NCBI GenBank assembly: GCA_965246855.1 | Contig: CBDFFP010000008.1 | Span: forward strand, 1,756 to 65,755 | DNA from: Chitinophagaceae bacterium | GTDB lineage: Bacteria > Bacteroidota > Bacteroidia > Chitinophagales > Chitinophagaceae | DNA: 64,000 nucleotides | Direction of reading: 5' to 3' | Part shown: in pieces, positions 62,150 through 64,000 of the stretch | Layout of the letters: each line of letters opens with the position of its first letter | Position numbering within the stretch: the first letter of the stretch is position 1 | The notes under the pieces: generated by a model | What the model was told of the DNA's origin: nothing | The model's database searches: none | What the model saw: only the letters and a program-made list of their open reading frames with translations | Position numbers and translations under genes: made by a program

Positions 62150-64000
62150 ATGATAGAAGAAACAACGAATGGAAATGCTCCCAACGGACAAGCGCATGTG
62201 GAAGACATGTATCAAAGCTGGTTTCTGGATTATGCCTCCTACGTGATTCTGGAACGCGCCGTTCCTGCCGGGGCCGACGGCCTGAAGCCGGTGCAGCGCC
62301 GCATCCTCCACGCGATGAAGGAAATGGACGATGGCCGCTTCAACAAGGTAGCCAACGTGATTGGCCAGACAATGCAATACCACCCGCACGGCGACGCCTC
62401 CATTGGCGACGCAATGGTGGGGCTGGGCCAAAAGGAACTGATGATTGAGACGCAGGGCAACTGGGGCGACGTGCGCACCGGCGACCCGGCGGCGGCCTCA
62501 CGCTACATTGAAGCGCGCCTTTCCAAATTTGCGAATGAGGTGGCTTTTAATGGAAAAACCACTCAGTGGCAACTGAGCTACGACGGGCGCAAAAACGAGC
62601 CGGTGGCCTTGCCGATGAAGTTTCCGCTCTTGCTTGCGCAGGGCGTGGATGGCATTGCGGTGGGCCTTTCCACCAAGATTCTCCCCCACAACTTTTGCGA
62701 GCTTATCCAGGCTTCCATTCAGCACCTGAAAGGCCGGAAATTTGAGCTTTTCCCAGACTTTCTGACCGGCGCATCGATGGACGCGGGCAACTACAACGAC
62801 GGGCAGCGCGGCGGAAAAGTGCGGGTGCGCGCGCGCATTGAAAAAGGCGACGCGAAGACGCTGCTGATTAAGGACGTGCCCTATGGCGTAACCACGTCGC
62901 AGTTGGTGGATTCCATCCTGAAAGCCAACGACGGCGGGAAAATCAAGATTAAAAGCGTTACCGACAACACGGCGGCGGACGTGGAACTGAACATTCAACT
63001 GGCCACCGGTATTTCTGCCGACCAGACGATTGACGCGCTGTATCTGTTTACGGATTGCGAGGTCAGCATTTCGCCCAACGCCTGCGTGATTATCGACGAT
63101 AAGCCGCGCTTCACCAACGCTACCGATTTGCTGAAATTCTCGGTGCAGCACACCAAGGAGTTGTTGCTGCGGGAGTTGGAAATCCGGCAGGGCGAGCTGG
63201 AGAACGACTGGCATTATTCCTCGCTGGAGAAGCTGTTTATTGAGAACCGCATCTACCGCGACATTGAGGAAGAAACCACGTGGGAAGGCGTGCTGGCAGC
63301 GATAGACAAAGGCTTGGAAAAGCACAAGAAAAAGCTGCGCCGCGCGGTGGTGGAAGACGACCTTGTGCGCTTGACGGAAATCCGCATCAAGCGCATTTCC
63401 AAGTTTGATTCCTTCAAAGCCGACGAGCATATCCGGGGCGTGGAAACGGCGCTGGAAGAAGTGGCGCACAACATTGCCAATCTCACCGACTACGCCATTA
63501 AATACTATGAAGGCCTGCTGAAAAAGTACGGAAAAGGCCGCGAGCGCAAAACCGAAATCCGCTCTTTTGAAACGCTGAATGCCTCGCAGGCGGTACTGGC
63601 AAATGCGCGGCTTTATGTGAACTACAAGGAAGGTTTTGTGGGAACGGGATTGAAGAAAGACGAGTTTGCCTTTGACTGCTCCGACATTGACAACCTGATT
63701 GTTTTTCGCCGCGATGGGAGGATGATGATTACCAAAGTGGCCGACAAAACCTTTGTGGGCAAGGACATTATCTACCTCGCTATTTTCCAGAAGAGCGATG
63801 AGCGCACGACCTACAATCTGGTTTATACCGACGGCAAAACCGGCACCGCGTTTGCGAAGCGCTTCAACGTAACGGGCATCACCCGCGACAAGGAATACGA
63901 TCTGACGAAAGGCAATCCGCAGAGCAAGGTTTTGTACTTCTCGGCCAACGCCAACGGCGAGGCAGAAGTGGTGCGCGTGATGCTGAATCCGGCTTCTAAA
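62150..64000 (+). CDS. parC: DNA topoisomerase IV subunit A (type IIA topoisomerase A subunit), partial: runs off the window end
   Basis: My own translation from the ATG at 62150: MIEETTNGN...MYQSWFLDYASYVILERAVPAGADGLKPVQRRILHAM...QTMQYHPHGDASIGDAMV...AAASRYIEARLS (active-site Tyr region). There is no stop before 64000, so this ORF is absent from the supplied track. Confidence 0.9.
   Translation, partial: MIEETTNGNAPNGQAHVEDMYQSWFLDYASYVILERAVPAGADGLKPVQRRILHAMKEMDDGRFNKVANVIGQTMQYHPHGDASIGDAMVGLGQKELMIETQGNWGDVRTGDPAAASRYIEARLSKFANEVAFNGKTTQWQLSYDGRKNEPVALPMKFPLLLAQGVDGIAVGLSTKILPHNFCELIQASIQHLKGRKFELFPDFLTGASMDAGNYNDGQRGGKVRVRARIEKGDAKTLLIKDVPYGVTTSQLVDSILKANDGGKIKIKSVTDNTAADVELNIQLATGISADQTIDALYLFTDCEVSISPNACVIIDDKPRFTNATDLLKFSVQHTKELLLRELEIRQGELENDWHYSSLEKLFIENRIYRDIEEETTWEGVLAAIDKGLEKHKKKLRRAVVEDDLVRLTEIRIKRISKFDSFKADEHIRGVETALEEVAHNIANLTDYAIKYYEGLLKKYGKGRERKTEIRSFETLNASQAVLANARLYVNYKEGFVGTGLKKDEFAFDCSDIDNLIVFRRDGRMMITKVADKTFVGKDIIYLAIFQKSDERTTYNLVYTDGKTGTAFAKRFNVTGITRDKEYDLTKGNPQSKVLYFSANANGEAEVVRVMLNPASK

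Noticed and set aside
1-64000. Scan for tRNA, rRNA, tmRNA, riboswitch, integrase and transposase signatures
   Set aside because: By eye I saw no T-loop consensus (GGTTCGAATCC-like) with matching acceptor stems, no rRNA-like stretches, no recognisable riboswitch cores upstream of thiL, panB or the TonB-dependent receptor, and no DDE or tyrosine-recombinase motifs. A proper tRNAscan or Infernal run is still needed, because reading by eye can miss these.

Overview
Most of this window (about 980-64000) reads as a chromosomal segment of a Bacteroidota genome, probably Chitinophagales- or Cytophagales-like. Supporting signs are T9SS C-terminal sorting domains, a GldA-like ABC ATPase, MqnA of the futalosine pathway, frequent lipoprotein and signal peptides, and TTG/GTG starts. 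G+C looks slightly above half, and most genes are housekeeping: rfbC, a DegT-family aminotransferase, waaA, tdk, thiL, phoH, rnhA, panB, hbd, purQ, dps, rdgB, mutS, and parC running off the 3' end. The first ~975 bp are different: they are far more GC-rich and carry an N-terminal fragment of a YhaM-like OB-fold protein that stops where a 5'-truncated HEAT-repeat gene begins, so this may be a chimeric join. Candidate accessory or novel content: (1) a ~1.3 kb low-GC islet encoding a REC-like N-domain fused to a TIR domain; (2) an overlapping HipA-like kinase/DUF3037 pair followed by an orphan Red-beta/RecT-like annealing protein; (3) a tandem pair of acidic paralogs of unknown function; (4) seven intergenic tandem arrays with unrelated repeat units but a shared 21-bp phase (21, 42 or 63 bp), which is the most unusual pattern I can see directly; (5) several REP/MITE-like hairpin families. 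I found no rRNA, tRNA, CRISPR-cas locus or transposase. All functional calls come from my own motif recognition on the supplied translations, with no database search, so family names are hypotheses to confirm by HMM or BLAST.
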